A program made the translations under genes and the position numbers. From Octopus sinensis (Eukaryota), in assembly GCF_006345805.1 (NCBI RefSeq), contig NC_043002.1:96968001-97032000 (forward strand): DNA of 64,000 bases, given 5' to 3'. Below, piece after piece: positions 11,906 to 24,039 of the stretch. The notes under the pieces are model-generated. The model saw only the letters and a list, made by a program, of their open reading frames with translations. It did not search any database and was not told the origin of the DNA. The first letter of the stretch is position 1, and every line of letters starts with the position of its first letter.

Positions 11906-12076
11906 TTAAGAAACACACAAAAGCCGTTCGATTCACTTCAACATTTAAGTTTAATTTCTCAAAAAATTTTCGTCGCTAAAATCCGACAAAAATCGTGACA
12001 AAAATCCGTGCTGCATCCGAGATGCAGCACGGATTAAATGTTGAAGTGAATCGAACGGCTTTTGTGTGTTTCTTAA
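11906..12076. repeat. Fold-back repeat: 43-bp outer arms plus inner palindrome
   Basis: TTAAGAAACACACAAAAGCCGTTCGATTCACTTCAACATTTAA recurs inverted at 12034-12076; inner AATCCGTGCTGCATC-CGA-GATGCAGCACGGATT. Confidence 0.85.
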
Positions 12077-12346
12077 ATGGCTTACAAACACCTTCCACGC
12101 TGCAATTGTTTTCGTTCCAGCACACGATCTCAGATCAAATCACTTGCTATGCGGGTACACCTCCGTAAAAAATCAATTCCATTTCCATAATTAGCACATA
12201 CAATAATACATCAGTACACCAAATTTGAATACAATTGGACCAATTAAAAATGTAAAAAATCGTGACAGCGGGAGGAAAGACCCCATATATTCTATATATA
12301 TAACATCTATCTGTCGCTATCTCTCTCCCCCTCCCTCTGTATGTCT

Positions 12347-12433
<87 letters not shown>

Positions 12434-13239
12434 GTATATATATATATATATATATAACTTAGAGACAGGTGTCCTCTATACAGAATAATGCTCAAGAGAT
12501 TTGAACTTGAGCCGGTAGATGCGTATTGCACTCAACTGCGCCACTGACCACCCCAAGCCTACAACAACTACACGCCCCCCTCCCCACTCCTGATCAGTCC
12601 ACTACAAGCACACACTTTAAACAATCTCTAAGGCCAGGAAGCATGAAATCTTATCGTTTACTCCACCCTTCTCTCTCGAAGTTAAATCTCTACCGAAATT
12701 CTTTAGAATTCTAAAATCTAATTTTCTACCAAAGCATAAGTATTATCCCATCTTTAACAAATCATCTGTGAAAATCCCCTGCTCCACCACACCTAATTTA
12801 GGATCCATAAGCGCTTCCTTGAACGAATGCAAACTGCAACACAAGTCCTCTGAACATCTAAACTCTCACACTGCACCCCAAGTTAGCCCACATACTAGCA
12901 ATAACGAAATCCTCAATAACTCACCTCAATTACATAATAGTAAACTGAAGCCAACATCCCATAATCCTACCTATGCGACAACAAATACTAGCTCCAATAC
13001 CACCTCCCAATCCAATACAAATACAAATTACACCTTAGGTTCTCTCCCACTAACAACAAACCAACCAAGCTCAACCTCAATAGTAGTAAACCCCAACCAC
13101 TGAACAGGAAGAAAAACTTGTAACTGTTGCGCATCTAAATTATGCCCTCTTGCAAGCTCTTCTCTGAACAAAAATGTGATCTACAAGTGCCATGTTATAA
13201 GCCACGCTCTCACCACGCAAGGGTTTATATCGGCGGCAT

Positions 13240-13865
13240 CGTGGGGTTCAAGCTGCCAAATCCTTCGCAATTCTTCTGCTGAAGAGGTTCCAGACCATCT
13301 GTGATGTCCGTACCCGCCCTTCTCAGGGTGGCTTCCGTCCGGGAAGAGGGTGTGTCGATCAAATCTTCAACCTCCGGCGTGTTCTGGAACAACGGTGGAC
13401 GTACCAGCAGCCTACTGTTCTATGCTTCATCGACTTCGCTGCTGCCTTTGACTCGGTAGATTGGGAGACCCTGTGGCGCATAAAGCAGGCGGACGATATC
13501 CCAGAGAAGATGCTCCGTCTCATACAAGGCTATTACCGATCGACTCGAGCACGCGTCAGGGTCTATGGTGAGCAGACGGCGCCGTTTGATGTTGGGACAG
13601 GTGTGCGGCAGGGGTGCGCGCTGTCGCCAACCCTCTTCAACTGCGCCATTGACTACGTTCTCAACACCGCGCTCCGGGACTACAGGGGCGTAAAGGTTGG
13701 GAGAGGAGTCGCGGTGACGGACCTGGCCTACGCGGACGACATCGTACTGATGGGTGCAAGTAGGGAGGATGTTCAAGCGGCTCTCGAAGGGGTTCAAACG
13801 GCAGCAGCCGCAGTTGGTCTCCGAATCAATGCCGCCAAGTCGAAGGTGATGAGGTCGTTGGTTCC
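13240..13865 (+). mobile_element. RTE-clade LINE reverse-transcriptase fragment, stop-free
   Basis: QGGFRPGRGCVDQIFNLRR, FIDFAAAFDSVD, GVRQGCALSPTLFN, LAYADDIVL, GLRINAAKSKVM in one open frame. Confidence 0.95.
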
Positions 13866-14400
13866 GACTTTGCCTTTCATCCTTTCGTGCTCGATAAATT
13901 AAGTACCAGTTACGCACTGGGATCGATGTAATCGACTTAATCCCTTTGTCTGTCCTTGTTTGCTCCCTCTATGTTTAGCCCCTTGTGGGCAATAAAGAAA
14001 TAAGAAACGTTGGCACGCTGGGCAAAATACTTAGCGGTATTTTGTCTGCCGTACGCTCTAAGTTCAAATACCGCCGAGGTCGACTTTGCCTTTCATCCTT
14101 TCGGGGTCGATTAAATAAGTACCAGTTACGCACTGGGGTCGATGTAATCGACTTAATCCCTTTGTCTGACCTTGTTTGTACCTTCTGTGTTTAGCGCTTT
14201 GTATGTAATAAAAAAATAAATACCTAGCGTTATTTTGTCTGACTTTACGTTCTGAGTTCAAATTCTACCGAGGTCGACTTTTCCCTTCATCCTTTCGGGG
14301 TCGATAAATTAAGTACCAGTTGCGTACTGGGGTGGAGCTAATCGACTGGCTCCCTCCCCAAAAGTTTTGGGCCTTGTGCCCAGAGTAGAAAAGAATATTC
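13862..14400 (+). mobile_element. Cluster of three tRNA-derived SINE family B copies
   Basis: Repeated GAGTTCAAAT..GAGGTCGACTTTGCCTTTCATCCTTTCGGGGTCGAT..AAGTACCAGTT core. Confidence 0.9.
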
Positions 14401-14880
14401 TTGGGTCACTATCTTTATTCACAGTATCTTTGTAAGATATATTTTCGTCAATGCCAAGGTACTTGTAGCATTCTTTGTTTAAGACAGATGAGATACATAG
14501 GCAATTGATGCACAGGTTTTGTGTTGTAGGAGAGGAGGATTTTCCCCGTTCAGCATTTCTTCTGGTCAACTTCCATTCCCATGTCAGATGAAAAAGGTGG
14601 TATCAATTCCAGCTGGGAATTTTTTTCTTTGACATTGTTAACATTTTTAATATAAATATTAAGGTCATCCACAAAATAAAAAAGAAGAATTATGCGATAA
14701 ATTAATATCTCCTGGAGATCCTAGCATGTAAACAGAAGTAAAGTGAGATTTTCCCTGGAATATTCCCGTTGAAGTATTTATAGCATCGGAGACGACCGTT
14801 CCAAATCTGAGGATTGTGGACCAGGGTTTTGTGAGTTTCTCAATGGCACGAATTAAGGTAGCAGGCAATTTTGACAAATG
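14400..14880 (-). mobile_element. Degenerate R4/Dong-like LINE RT fragment
   Basis: LIRAIEKLTKPWSTILRF..TGIFQG and CYKYLGIDENISY motifs. Confidence 0.7.
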
Positions 14881-15022
14881 GCGACATTTCAGAAGTCATG
14901 TCTATGCATGTATGCATGTATGTAACTATGCATGTATGTATGAGTGTCCAATGATACTATATTTGTTCCACGTCCTCGCGTTGTTGTGATTTTTTTTGTG
15001 ATTTCTTGTTTGGAGTAAAAGA

Positions 15023-15055
<33 letters not shown>

Positions 15056-15058
<3 letters not shown>

Positions 15059-15456
15059 TCTTTTACTCTTTTACATGTTTCAGTCATTTGACTGCGGCCA
15101 TGCTGGAGCACCGCCTTTAGTCGAGCAAATCGACCCCAGGACTTATTCTTTGTAAGCCCAGTACTTATTCTATCGGTCTCTTTTGCCGAACTGCTAATTG
15201 ACGGGGACGTAAACACACCAGCATCGGTTGTTAAGCAATGCTAGGGGTACAAACACATACACATACACACATATACATTTATATACATATATACGACAGG
15301 CTTCTTTCAGTTTCCGTCTACCAAATCCACTCACAAGGCATTGGTCGGCCCGGGGCTATAGCAGAAAACACTTGCCCAAGATGCCACGCAGTGGGACTGA
15401 ACCCGGAACCATGTGGTAAGTTAACAAGCTACTTACCACACAGCCACTCCTGCGCC
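15056..15456 (-). mobile_element. SINE family A, full copy (reverse)
   Basis: Reverse complement of the 9480-9869 type sequence. Confidence 0.9.
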
Positions 15457-15457
15457 T

Positions 15458-15489
<32 letters not shown>

Positions 15490-15500
15490 GTATATATATG

Positions 15501-15558
<58 letters not shown>

Positions 15559-15592
15559 CACACACATATATATATATGTGTGTGTATATATA

Positions 15593-15627
<35 letters not shown>

Positions 15628-15672
15628 TATGTGTGTGTATATGTATATATATATATATATATATGTATAATA

Positions 15673-15747
<75 letters not shown>

Positions 15748-15748
<1 letters not shown>

Positions 15749-15908
15749 AGGCGCCTGTGTAGTAAGTAGCTTGCCTACTAACCACACGGTCCGGGTTCAG
15801 TCCCACTGCGTGGCATGGCACCTTGGGCAAGTGTCTTCTACTATAACCTGGGGCCGACCAAAGCGTTGTGAGTGGATTTGGTAGACGGAAATTGAAAGAA
15901 GCCCGTCG

Positions 15909-15953
<45 letters not shown>

Positions 15954-16032
15954 GTGTGTGTGTGTTGTGTGTGTATATATATATATATATACACACACAT
16001 ATATATATATGTGTGTGTATATATATATGTGT

Positions 16033-16063
<31 letters not shown>

Positions 16064-16072
16064 GTGTATATG

Positions 16073-16170
<98 letters not shown>

Positions 16171-16338
16171 TAGGCGCCTGTGTAGTAAGTAGCTTGCCTA
16201 CTAACCACACGGTTCCGGGTTCAGTCCCACTGCGTGGCACCTTGGGCAAGTGTCTTCTACTATAACCTGGGGCCGACCAAAGCGTTGTGAGTGGATTTGG
16301 TAGACGGAAATTGAAAGAAGCCCGTCGTATATATATAT

Positions 16339-16402
<64 letters not shown>

Positions 16403-16927
16403 TGTGTTTTCCCCCTAGCATTGCTTGACAACCAATGCTGGTATGCTTACGTCCCCGTCATCTAGCGGTTCGGCAAAAGAGACCGATAGAATAAGTACTG
16501 GGCTTACAAAGAATAAGTCCCGGGGTCGATTTGCTCGACAAAAGGCGGTGCTCCAGCCTGGCCGCAGCCAAATGACTGAAACAAATAAAAGAGTAAAAAA
16601 GAGAGTAAATTTTTCAGTAACAGCGTTTTATTTAATCCTTTTTCCTTATAAAGGGACTCAAATACTTTTGTCAGCGTAACCTACATAGAAATATACAAAT
16701 ATACACGCTGACATTAACTTACAGCGTTTAAAATAGTTCGTCTGTAACAAATATTTAAATCAGACGCAGGAGTGGCTATGTGGTAAGTAGCTTGCTAACC
16801 AACCACATGATTCCGGGTTCAGTCCCACTGCGTGGCATCTTGGGCAAGTGTCTTCTGCTATAGCCCCGGGCCGACCAATGCCTTGTGAGTGCATTTGGTA
16901 GACGGAAACTGAAAGAAGCCTGTCGTA

Positions 16928-16982
<55 letters not shown>

Positions 16983-17202
16983 ATGTTTGTGTGTCTGTGT
17001 TTGTTCCCCTAGCATCGCTTGACAACCGATGCTGGTGTGTTTATGTCCCCGTCACTTAGCGGTTCGGCAAAAGAGACCGATAGAATAAGTACTGGGCTTA
17101 CGATGAATAAGTCCCGGGGTCGATTTGCTCGACTAAAGGCGGTGCTCCAGCATGGCCGCAGTCAAATGACTGAAACAAGTGAAAGAGTAAAAGAGTAAAA
17201 GA
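15748..17202 (+). mobile_element. SINE family A copies: 5' half 15748-15910, full 16171-16610, full 16763-17202
   Basis: Family A head and body; the first two share private variants, indicating local duplication. Confidence 0.9.
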
Positions 17203-17279
17203 GATATCTTAAACAATAACCGGAACTAATAAAGCAAGAGTTATTTCCCTTGCATAAAGACGGCCACCGGCTTAACGCA

Positions 17280-17293
17280 GTAACCAAGACAAC
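17280..17293. promoter_or_regulatory. RFX X-box-like motif GTAACCAAGACAAC
   Basis: 13/14 match to X-box consensus GTHNYYATRRNAAC, in unique sequence just upstream of the putative first exon. Confidence 0.45.
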
Positions 17294-17457
17294 GTGTAAA
17301 CATTGTCGTTCTGCAAAGCTATTTACAACTGCACAATAAATATAGTTCAAAAATAAATAGACAATAATAATGAATAAATAAATAAAATAGCAACACATAG
17401 AAGTTCACCATTTTCTGACATCTTTCTACTCGGACCTATTTATGTAAAAAATTTTTC

Positions 17458-17516
17458 ATGGATTGCAACTTAACAGTGAGCACAACATTGGCAATGAGAG
17501 GGAAAACGCTGAGGAG
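17458..17516 (+). CDS. LRR gene, putative first coding exon (MDCNLTVSTTLAMRGKTLR+AG)
   Basis: ATG at 17458, 59 nt open, ends at strong donor GAG|GTAAGC in phase 2, matching the phase-2 start of the 24611 exon; X-box-like motif about 170 bp upstream. No homology support, so hypothetical. Confidence 0.5.
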
Positions 17517-18064
17517 GTAAGCAGCTTTAATGATACCGTAAATAGTCATTTAATCCTTTATGGATGCTGGTCATATCAAGTTACCTTATAGCTATTTAAC
17601 ATTTTGTGTCGAGAATGAAGTACAGCAATGAGTTAAATAATGGCATTCCTTCGATATAACGCGACAAAATCAAAACATTTGACCGGGTATTTCCGTGGGT
17701 TGTGGAATTACGCCAGTAATGTCTCATTTTAAACTTGCAAAAAAAAAAAAAAAATGGCTTGCATATTTGTTCTTACCAGTTTCATGTGTGTATGTAAAAT
17801 CCGTCATTTGCTTCTTACGGTTATTTATACCCGAAGTGAAAATGTTTTGATTTTGTCGAGTTATATCGAAAGAATGCCAGTTCAATTATTTTTGAAAAAG
17901 AAATATTTGAAGCGACCGTTGGTGGAATGTTATTGTGTGTGTTTATTTCGTAACGTGTTCTACGGTATGGCTTTTGTGGGTAATTTGACGTCCGGAGCAA
18001 GCCGCAGAGATCGAAAGTGAAAGGATCTTATATTTCAGCAGGGGAAAAATCAATTAACAAATCA

Positions 18065-18097
<33 letters not shown>

Positions 18098-18108
18098 TGT
18101 GTGTGTGT

Positions 18109-18159
<51 letters not shown>

Positions 18160-18359
18160 CTTCGAAATTGCTCTTAAATGTGGTTTTCGTCGTTTTGACT
18201 GCATCTTTTAACATGTAAAACTACATGATAAAGGTAGTTTCTCTTATGTTTAAATGTACACTATTTTATATTGAGTATATATATATATATGTAAATAGTG
18301 GGGGTGCGTGGGGTTCGCACAATTAGGTTGGATGTGGAGATGAGGTCGTGGACAGTAGA

Positions 18360-18910
18360 GGATACCGTCTGTAGAGGATACCGCGGAAAAATCAACTGCT
18401 AGGAACTGGCCGGGGGCAGGCGTCCACAGGGATGGTCGGCGGCCCAGGTCAGTGAAGCAGTCCTCATCGTTGGATGCGGGTGGTAAGTCGCGGAAAAACG
18501 CACCCAATCGGACGCGGCGCACAAAGCTGTGGACATCAGCTCGCGTCTGGAATTCCTTACAGGATGGAGTGAGGGGGATGAAACACAGAACCCTACTAAG
18601 GACGGAGCGTTCCGCCGCAGAGAGGGGAAGATCAGGGGGAATGGTAACAACAGACGGAAGTGGAGAAGGGTTGGGTGGAATAGAAGTACAAGGGGTGGAT
18701 GGAATGGGAGTAAGAGTAGGAGGGGTGGTAGGGCTGGTGGAGGTCTGAGGGGGAGGGATTGGGGAGGTGTGTGGGGGGTTGTTGGGAGGGACAGTGGGGT
18801 TAGGTATGGGTGGGTGGAGCCTATCAGGAGGGGAGAAGGGTAGTGGGGTTGGGTCTGGTGGAATAGAGGAGTGATTGGAGTTTACGAAGTTTGGTATTGG
18901 AAAGAAATTG
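18360..18910 (-). mobile_element. Penelope-like element ORF N-terminal fragment
   Basis: PLSAAERSVLSRVLCFIP..EFQTRADVHSFVRRVRLGAFF..SLWTPAPGQF resembles the conserved pre-RT region of Penelope-like elements; Pro/Thr-rich upstream part. Confidence 0.75.
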
Positions 18911-19363
18911 ATGGAAGAGGTATGTATGTATGTATGTATGTATGTATGTATGTATGTATGCATGTATGTATGTATGAATGTATGCATATATATACGCACA
19001 CACACACGCACAACATATACATGAGCACTTGCACATTCGTACACAAGGTTTTCACGGTAATGTTTACATAAATATCCAGGAGTTGCTTCCCTTGTGGCGG
19101 TGTTTCCTTTTTACGTTTCTAATTTTTAGTGTGCATTTGTGAATGTATATATATATATATACGCACGCACACACACACACACACGTACATACATATAAAT
19201 ATATAAACATTCATGCATACATACAGACAAATACACACGTACAAACACACACACACACACACATATATATATAGTGAGAGACAGAGATTAAGATAAATAC
19301 ATATATATAGAGATATATATATGCATATATATAGAGATATTTAGATAGAGAGATAGATCGATC

Positions 19364-19443
<80 letters not shown>

Positions 19444-19515
19444 TACATATATATGGTATGGCCGTTGGTATGGTCGTGAAATAGTATTATAACTTAAATA
19501 ACTTAGACTATGTTG

Positions 19516-19611
19516 TGTCTGGGGAGAGTCATTTTCTTTTTGTGCCTTACATTTTACCGGTGAGTGTGTTAAATTATAAGGCACATAAAAGAAAATGACT
19601 CTCCCCAGACA
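19516..19611. repeat. Hairpin with about 34-bp arms
   Basis: TGTCTGGGGAGAGTCATTTTCTTTTTGTGCCTTA versus TAAGGCACATAAAAGAAAATGACTCTCCCCAGACA. Confidence 0.85.
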
Positions 19612-19689
19612 TATAAAGAATCTTGCAAACCGAATCTAAAAACGAAATATAATAAACTTAGATCGGTTTCGACTATTATCGTCCCGAGC

Positions 19690-20151
19690 CATGACTAACT
19701 CAATAGCACCACCTGGAAATGTCTTTTAGTTCATTATATTATTCCGGGACACCATGGACCACCCAAGCAAAGTGTTGTTATTGGTTGAGACGTATCCAGG
19801 TGTAGGCGGTTTATCCGGTATTTCTTGGAGGAAGTTGTCCAGGTACCGTTTGAAAGTTGTAGGCTCCTTTTCTACTTTAATTTCTTTCGGGATAACATCG
19901 AAAAGTGCAGGACCATTTGCAGTGAAGAAATTGTGTCGCAATGTTCTTATGTGATGTGATCTCGACCTTTGTAGGGGACGCATTGCACCGGAGCCTAGTT
20001 TTCGGTGAATTGTAAACATAATACCGATATCATTTGAATAATATTGGGGGAATATTTTCCACATGGTGCAAATAATGTATTGCTCACAGCGGCGTTGCAG
20101 AGAATAGAGCTTCAGCTGTCTAAGTCGAGCCCAATAATCAAGTCCCATCAT
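19690..20151 (-). mobile_element. CR1/Nimb-like LINE 3' end
   Basis: LDYWARLRQLKLYSLQRR..NGPALFDVIP..FKRYLDNFLQEIPDKP, typical LINE ORF2 C-terminus. Confidence 0.85.
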
Positions 20152-20534
20152 GCCATTAATTAATTAATTATTTATTTATTTATTTATTTATTTATCTATT
20201 TATTTTTGTGATTGATCTTTGTGGCGCTTCGGTCCTTATTATTTCTTATTTTTTTGTAGGTAGATCACAAAATGGGCAGCAGTATTCGAGGTGGAGGCCT
20301 AGCGAATGTGGAGAAGAGAAGGATGATAGTTTCATGATCCCTAGATTGAAAAGTTCTGAGAACCCATGAGCACATTCTGTGAGCAACATCGACATTTTTG
20401 TTGATGTACACACATTTGTTTTCGTATTTCATGTTGTTTACTATTGGTGACGTTCTGTAATTCGAAGGCTAAAACAATGCGAAAACATTGTGACCAGCGA
20501 TGTGTAACAACATCTGATAGTCTGGTCGGTCACG

Positions 20535-20608
<74 letters not shown>

Positions 20609-20734
20609 AGAAGTGTTTAGTAGCAGATTAATCGTAAGCACACCCTCAATCAATAACTCTGGTGTAGTCCCTGTATCGTTCTCCGATGTGTTATGGCTCA
20701 TTTTCTAATATTCTTTGTTGCCATCGCAACGATG

Positions 20735-21078
20735 ATGAGGAGGTGACCCCTTCGGTCATGAATGACCATGGGATTGCGCCTAGAAAGTTCCCCTCCCAGG
20801 CACAAGTCTGGGCAAGTTTGTTTATGGAAGACCAGCAGTCGCCCATGCATACCGGCCTCCCCTCTCCACGCCACAAGTGTTATCCAAGGGAAAGGCAAAG
20901 TCCGATACAGCTTGGCACCAGTGATGTTGCAACTCATTTCTACAGCTGAATGAACTGAAGCAACGTGAAATAAAGTGCCTTGCTCAAGAACACAACACGC
21001 AGCCCGGTCCGCAAATCGAACTCTCAACCTCACAATCGTAAGCTCGACGCTCTAACCACTGAGCCATGCACCTTCACA
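20735..21078 (-). mobile_element. tRNA-derived SINE with CORE-like segment (family C)
   Basis: Head TGGCTCAGTGGTTAGAGC..GAGTTCGATT, then TGTTCTTGAGCAAGGCACTT. Confidence 0.75.
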
Positions 21079-21469
21079 ACGCTAATGAGCTATTAGCTTA
21101 CTATCTTGTCTTACTTACCTCTTAAAGATAGTTACCTTGGTATATTAAAAACAGACAATACTTTTGGGTGGTGGGAGTCACTGTATGTTTTTTCTAGGTT
21201 TTATGGCTAAAATATGCAATGTGATACACCGTTTCGTAATACCTGTATATTCTAGAAAATGAGAAAGACGCAGTCATTGTTTCATTTTTCAGATACATAC
21301 ATAAATAATTTTACGTAGAGTCGGTTTTCACAGTCCTGTTAAGACCAAAAACACAACTTCCTAACTTCATTCCTTGCCGTGATATCGCATTCTGAGAGTT
21401 GCAAATCTTTGACTGCGCTTTTCTCGTTTTTCAAGTTGTGGTGCTTACGGCAGTCTGCCACTAAACGCC

Positions 21470-21509
<40 letters not shown>

Positions 21510-21524
21510 CAGTAACCTATAATC

Positions 21525-22107
21525 AGCAGCGAGCTGGCAGAAATGTTAGAACGCCGGGCGAAATGCGTAGCCGTATTTCGTCTGCCGTTACGTTCTGAGT
21601 TCAAATTCCGCCGAGGTCGACGTTGCCTGTCATCGTTTCTGGGTCGATAAATAAAGTACCAGTTTCACACTGGGGTCTATGTAATCGACTTAATCCCTTT
21701 GTCTGTCCTTGTTTGTCCCCTCTATGTTTAGCCCCTTGTGGGTAGTAAAGAAATATATAATCAGCGCATTAGCAAAGAATCATAAGTTATCGCAAAATAT
21801 AAATCTGTTTTGAATGCTTCTACCCCAGATGGCACTACTACAGGGATCTTGGAATAATACCCACGGAAAGATTAAAATCGAGAGATATAGCTTATTTCTT
21901 TATTGCCCACAAGGGGCTAAACATAGAGAGGACAAACAAGGACAGACAAATGGATTAAGTCGATTATATTGACCCCAGTGCGTAACTGGTACTTAATTTA
22001 TCGATCCCGAAAGGATGAAAGGCAAAGTCGACCACGGCGGAATTTGAACTCAGAACGTATCGGCAGACGAAATACGGCTACGCATTTCGCCCGGCGCGCT
22101 AACGTAT
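21525..22107. mobile_element. Inverted pair of SINE family B copies (+ 21525-21755, - 21893-22107)
   Basis: Two high-identity copies in opposite orientation about 140 bp apart. Confidence 0.9.
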
Positions 22108-22249
22108 CTCGAACAGTCGCTACCCACAAATTTATTTAGAACAGACCCTACAGCCGCTGTGACTACAACCACAAGTCAACTTGAGGACACTTAACTATTA
22201 AAGCAAATTTCGCGAACAGCCTTTACTTCTGGGTTATACCACTCCCGTC

Positions 22250-22766
22250 TTTTTCTTCTTCTTCTTCTTCTTTTTCTTCTTCTTCTTCTTCTTCTTCTTC
22301 TTCTTCTTCTTCTTCTTCTTCTTCTTCTTCTTCCCTCTCACTCCCTCTTTTTTCGGCTGCTGCTGCTTAAACCATCAAACTTCAGAACCAAATATACCTC
22401 TGTACACATAAGCGCAATTTTTCAGATCTGTTACTACCTACCCACCTTATGAACCTTCACAAAAGAAAAAAGAAAAAAAAGGAAAAGAGAGAGAGGGGGG
22501 GAGGGCAGACTACAGAAACATTTGCAAAACATTTCATTTAATTTTTTCTTCAATTTAATTGTTTTTCTTCTTTATTAATATCTACCTGTATTTTATTGTT
22601 AGTTGAAAAAGTCGAAAAAATCTGATATATATATATATATATTATATTGGTAAAAACGGTAAGATAACAAAAAGAAGAAAGAGTCTTCAATATTATGTAA
22701 ATAGAGGAAATTTATCTATAAAATAATATGTGACAATCATTCAGTCACATATTATTTTACAGATAC

Positions 22767-22802
<36 letters not shown>

Positions 22803-22876
22803 TATATATATATATATATTACATATATATATATATATATACATATATACATATATACATACATATATATATATAT

Positions 22877-22918
<42 letters not shown>

Positions 22919-22920
22919 CT

Positions 22921-22963
<43 letters not shown>

Positions 22964-23020
22964 ATAATAATATATAATAATAATTAATATAATAATAATA
23001 ATAATAGTAATAATAATAAC

Positions 23021-23066
<46 letters not shown>

Positions 23067-23075
23067 TAATAATAA
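22250..23075. repeat. Microsatellites (TTC)n 22250-22332, (TA)n and (AAT)n 22760-23075
   Basis: Direct reading. Confidence 0.95.
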
Positions 23076-23261
23076 TAGGGATATGATTCAAACTTACAAG
23101 GATAAATTCAATTTAGTAATACTAAATCAATTTCACAATATACAATATTTAATTTTTTCTATATGGTATAATTTTAATTATTCATTGTTGAATTGCTACA
23201 TTGTGGTTCTTCTCTAATTTATATACATAATAAACACACAACACACACCCACAACACATAC

Positions 23262-23302
<41 letters not shown>

Positions 23303-23310
23303 ATATATAT

Positions 23311-23344
<34 letters not shown>

Positions 23345-23630
23345 CATACACTTCCGCACACACATCTGAGCAACTGCTGCTTTTCAAACGTCCTGAAGAA
23401 GGGGTCTTCACCCGAAATATACAATGTAAAACTGCAATTTTGTTCTGTTTCCTTTTCCTTTTGCAGATTACTTTGTACCTTCTCGCATTGCTCCAGCTTT
23501 ACACACCAACATTCGTTACGTTTATGAACGTATTTTGCAAGATTCTTGATGTGAAATCGTGTGTTGAAACAGATATTGTTGTATTTCGGGGTACTCATTT
23601 TTTTTTCTTTGCTAAATAAACACATACACA

Positions 23631-23917
23631 ATATATTCGTTCGTCACTCGCTGATTATTTTTTGGTATTTTATCTGATGTTCATTCTCTGGAAAATTTTC
23701 GTCACACATCTGTGACCTCTTCAGCGACACTTTCCATCCACGTGTATCCTCCTGCTCTGTCAAGTCTATTCTGTCAGAATGGACTACGCGGAACAGGCGG
23801 ATACACGTGGATGGAAAGTGTCGCTGAAAAGGTCATAGATGTATGACGAAAGATTTCCAGGGAATGGACATCAGGTAAAATAATAAAAAATAATAAACGA
23901 GAGAAGAACGAATATAT
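23631..23917. repeat. Inverted repeat, about 124-bp arms and 39-bp spacer, with hammerhead-like cores
   Basis: 23631-23754 versus 23794-23917; arms contain CTGAAGA/CTGAAAA-G-GTCA..TGAC-GAAA. Confidence 0.85.
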
Positions 23918-24039
23918 ATGTTTATTTGGCGAGAAAAGCAAAACAGAAAATAATTCAAACGATATTGCAAAACCGAACGGATTCTTTAACAAGCCAGCAA
24001 AATAGGAACAAACTCGAAGAGGCAGCGAAACATACTCTC

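Noticed and set aside
9900-12300. Idea that the Merlin relic is cargo of a larger Helitron/Helentron-like element
   Set aside because: A Helentron-like start is suggested near 12300 on the minus strand, but I found no matching terminus or TIRs.
12526-13103. Ser/Thr/Asn/Pro-rich ORFs
   Set aside because: Strand-biased C/A-rich low-complexity sequence without splice signals or domains; probably old TE debris.
23391-23420. CTGAAGA-AGGG..CCC-GAAA hammerhead-like core (similar weak ones at about 2783, 6218, 52845)
   Set aside because: Core present or partial but no stem I and no valid cleavage context; at most decayed termini.
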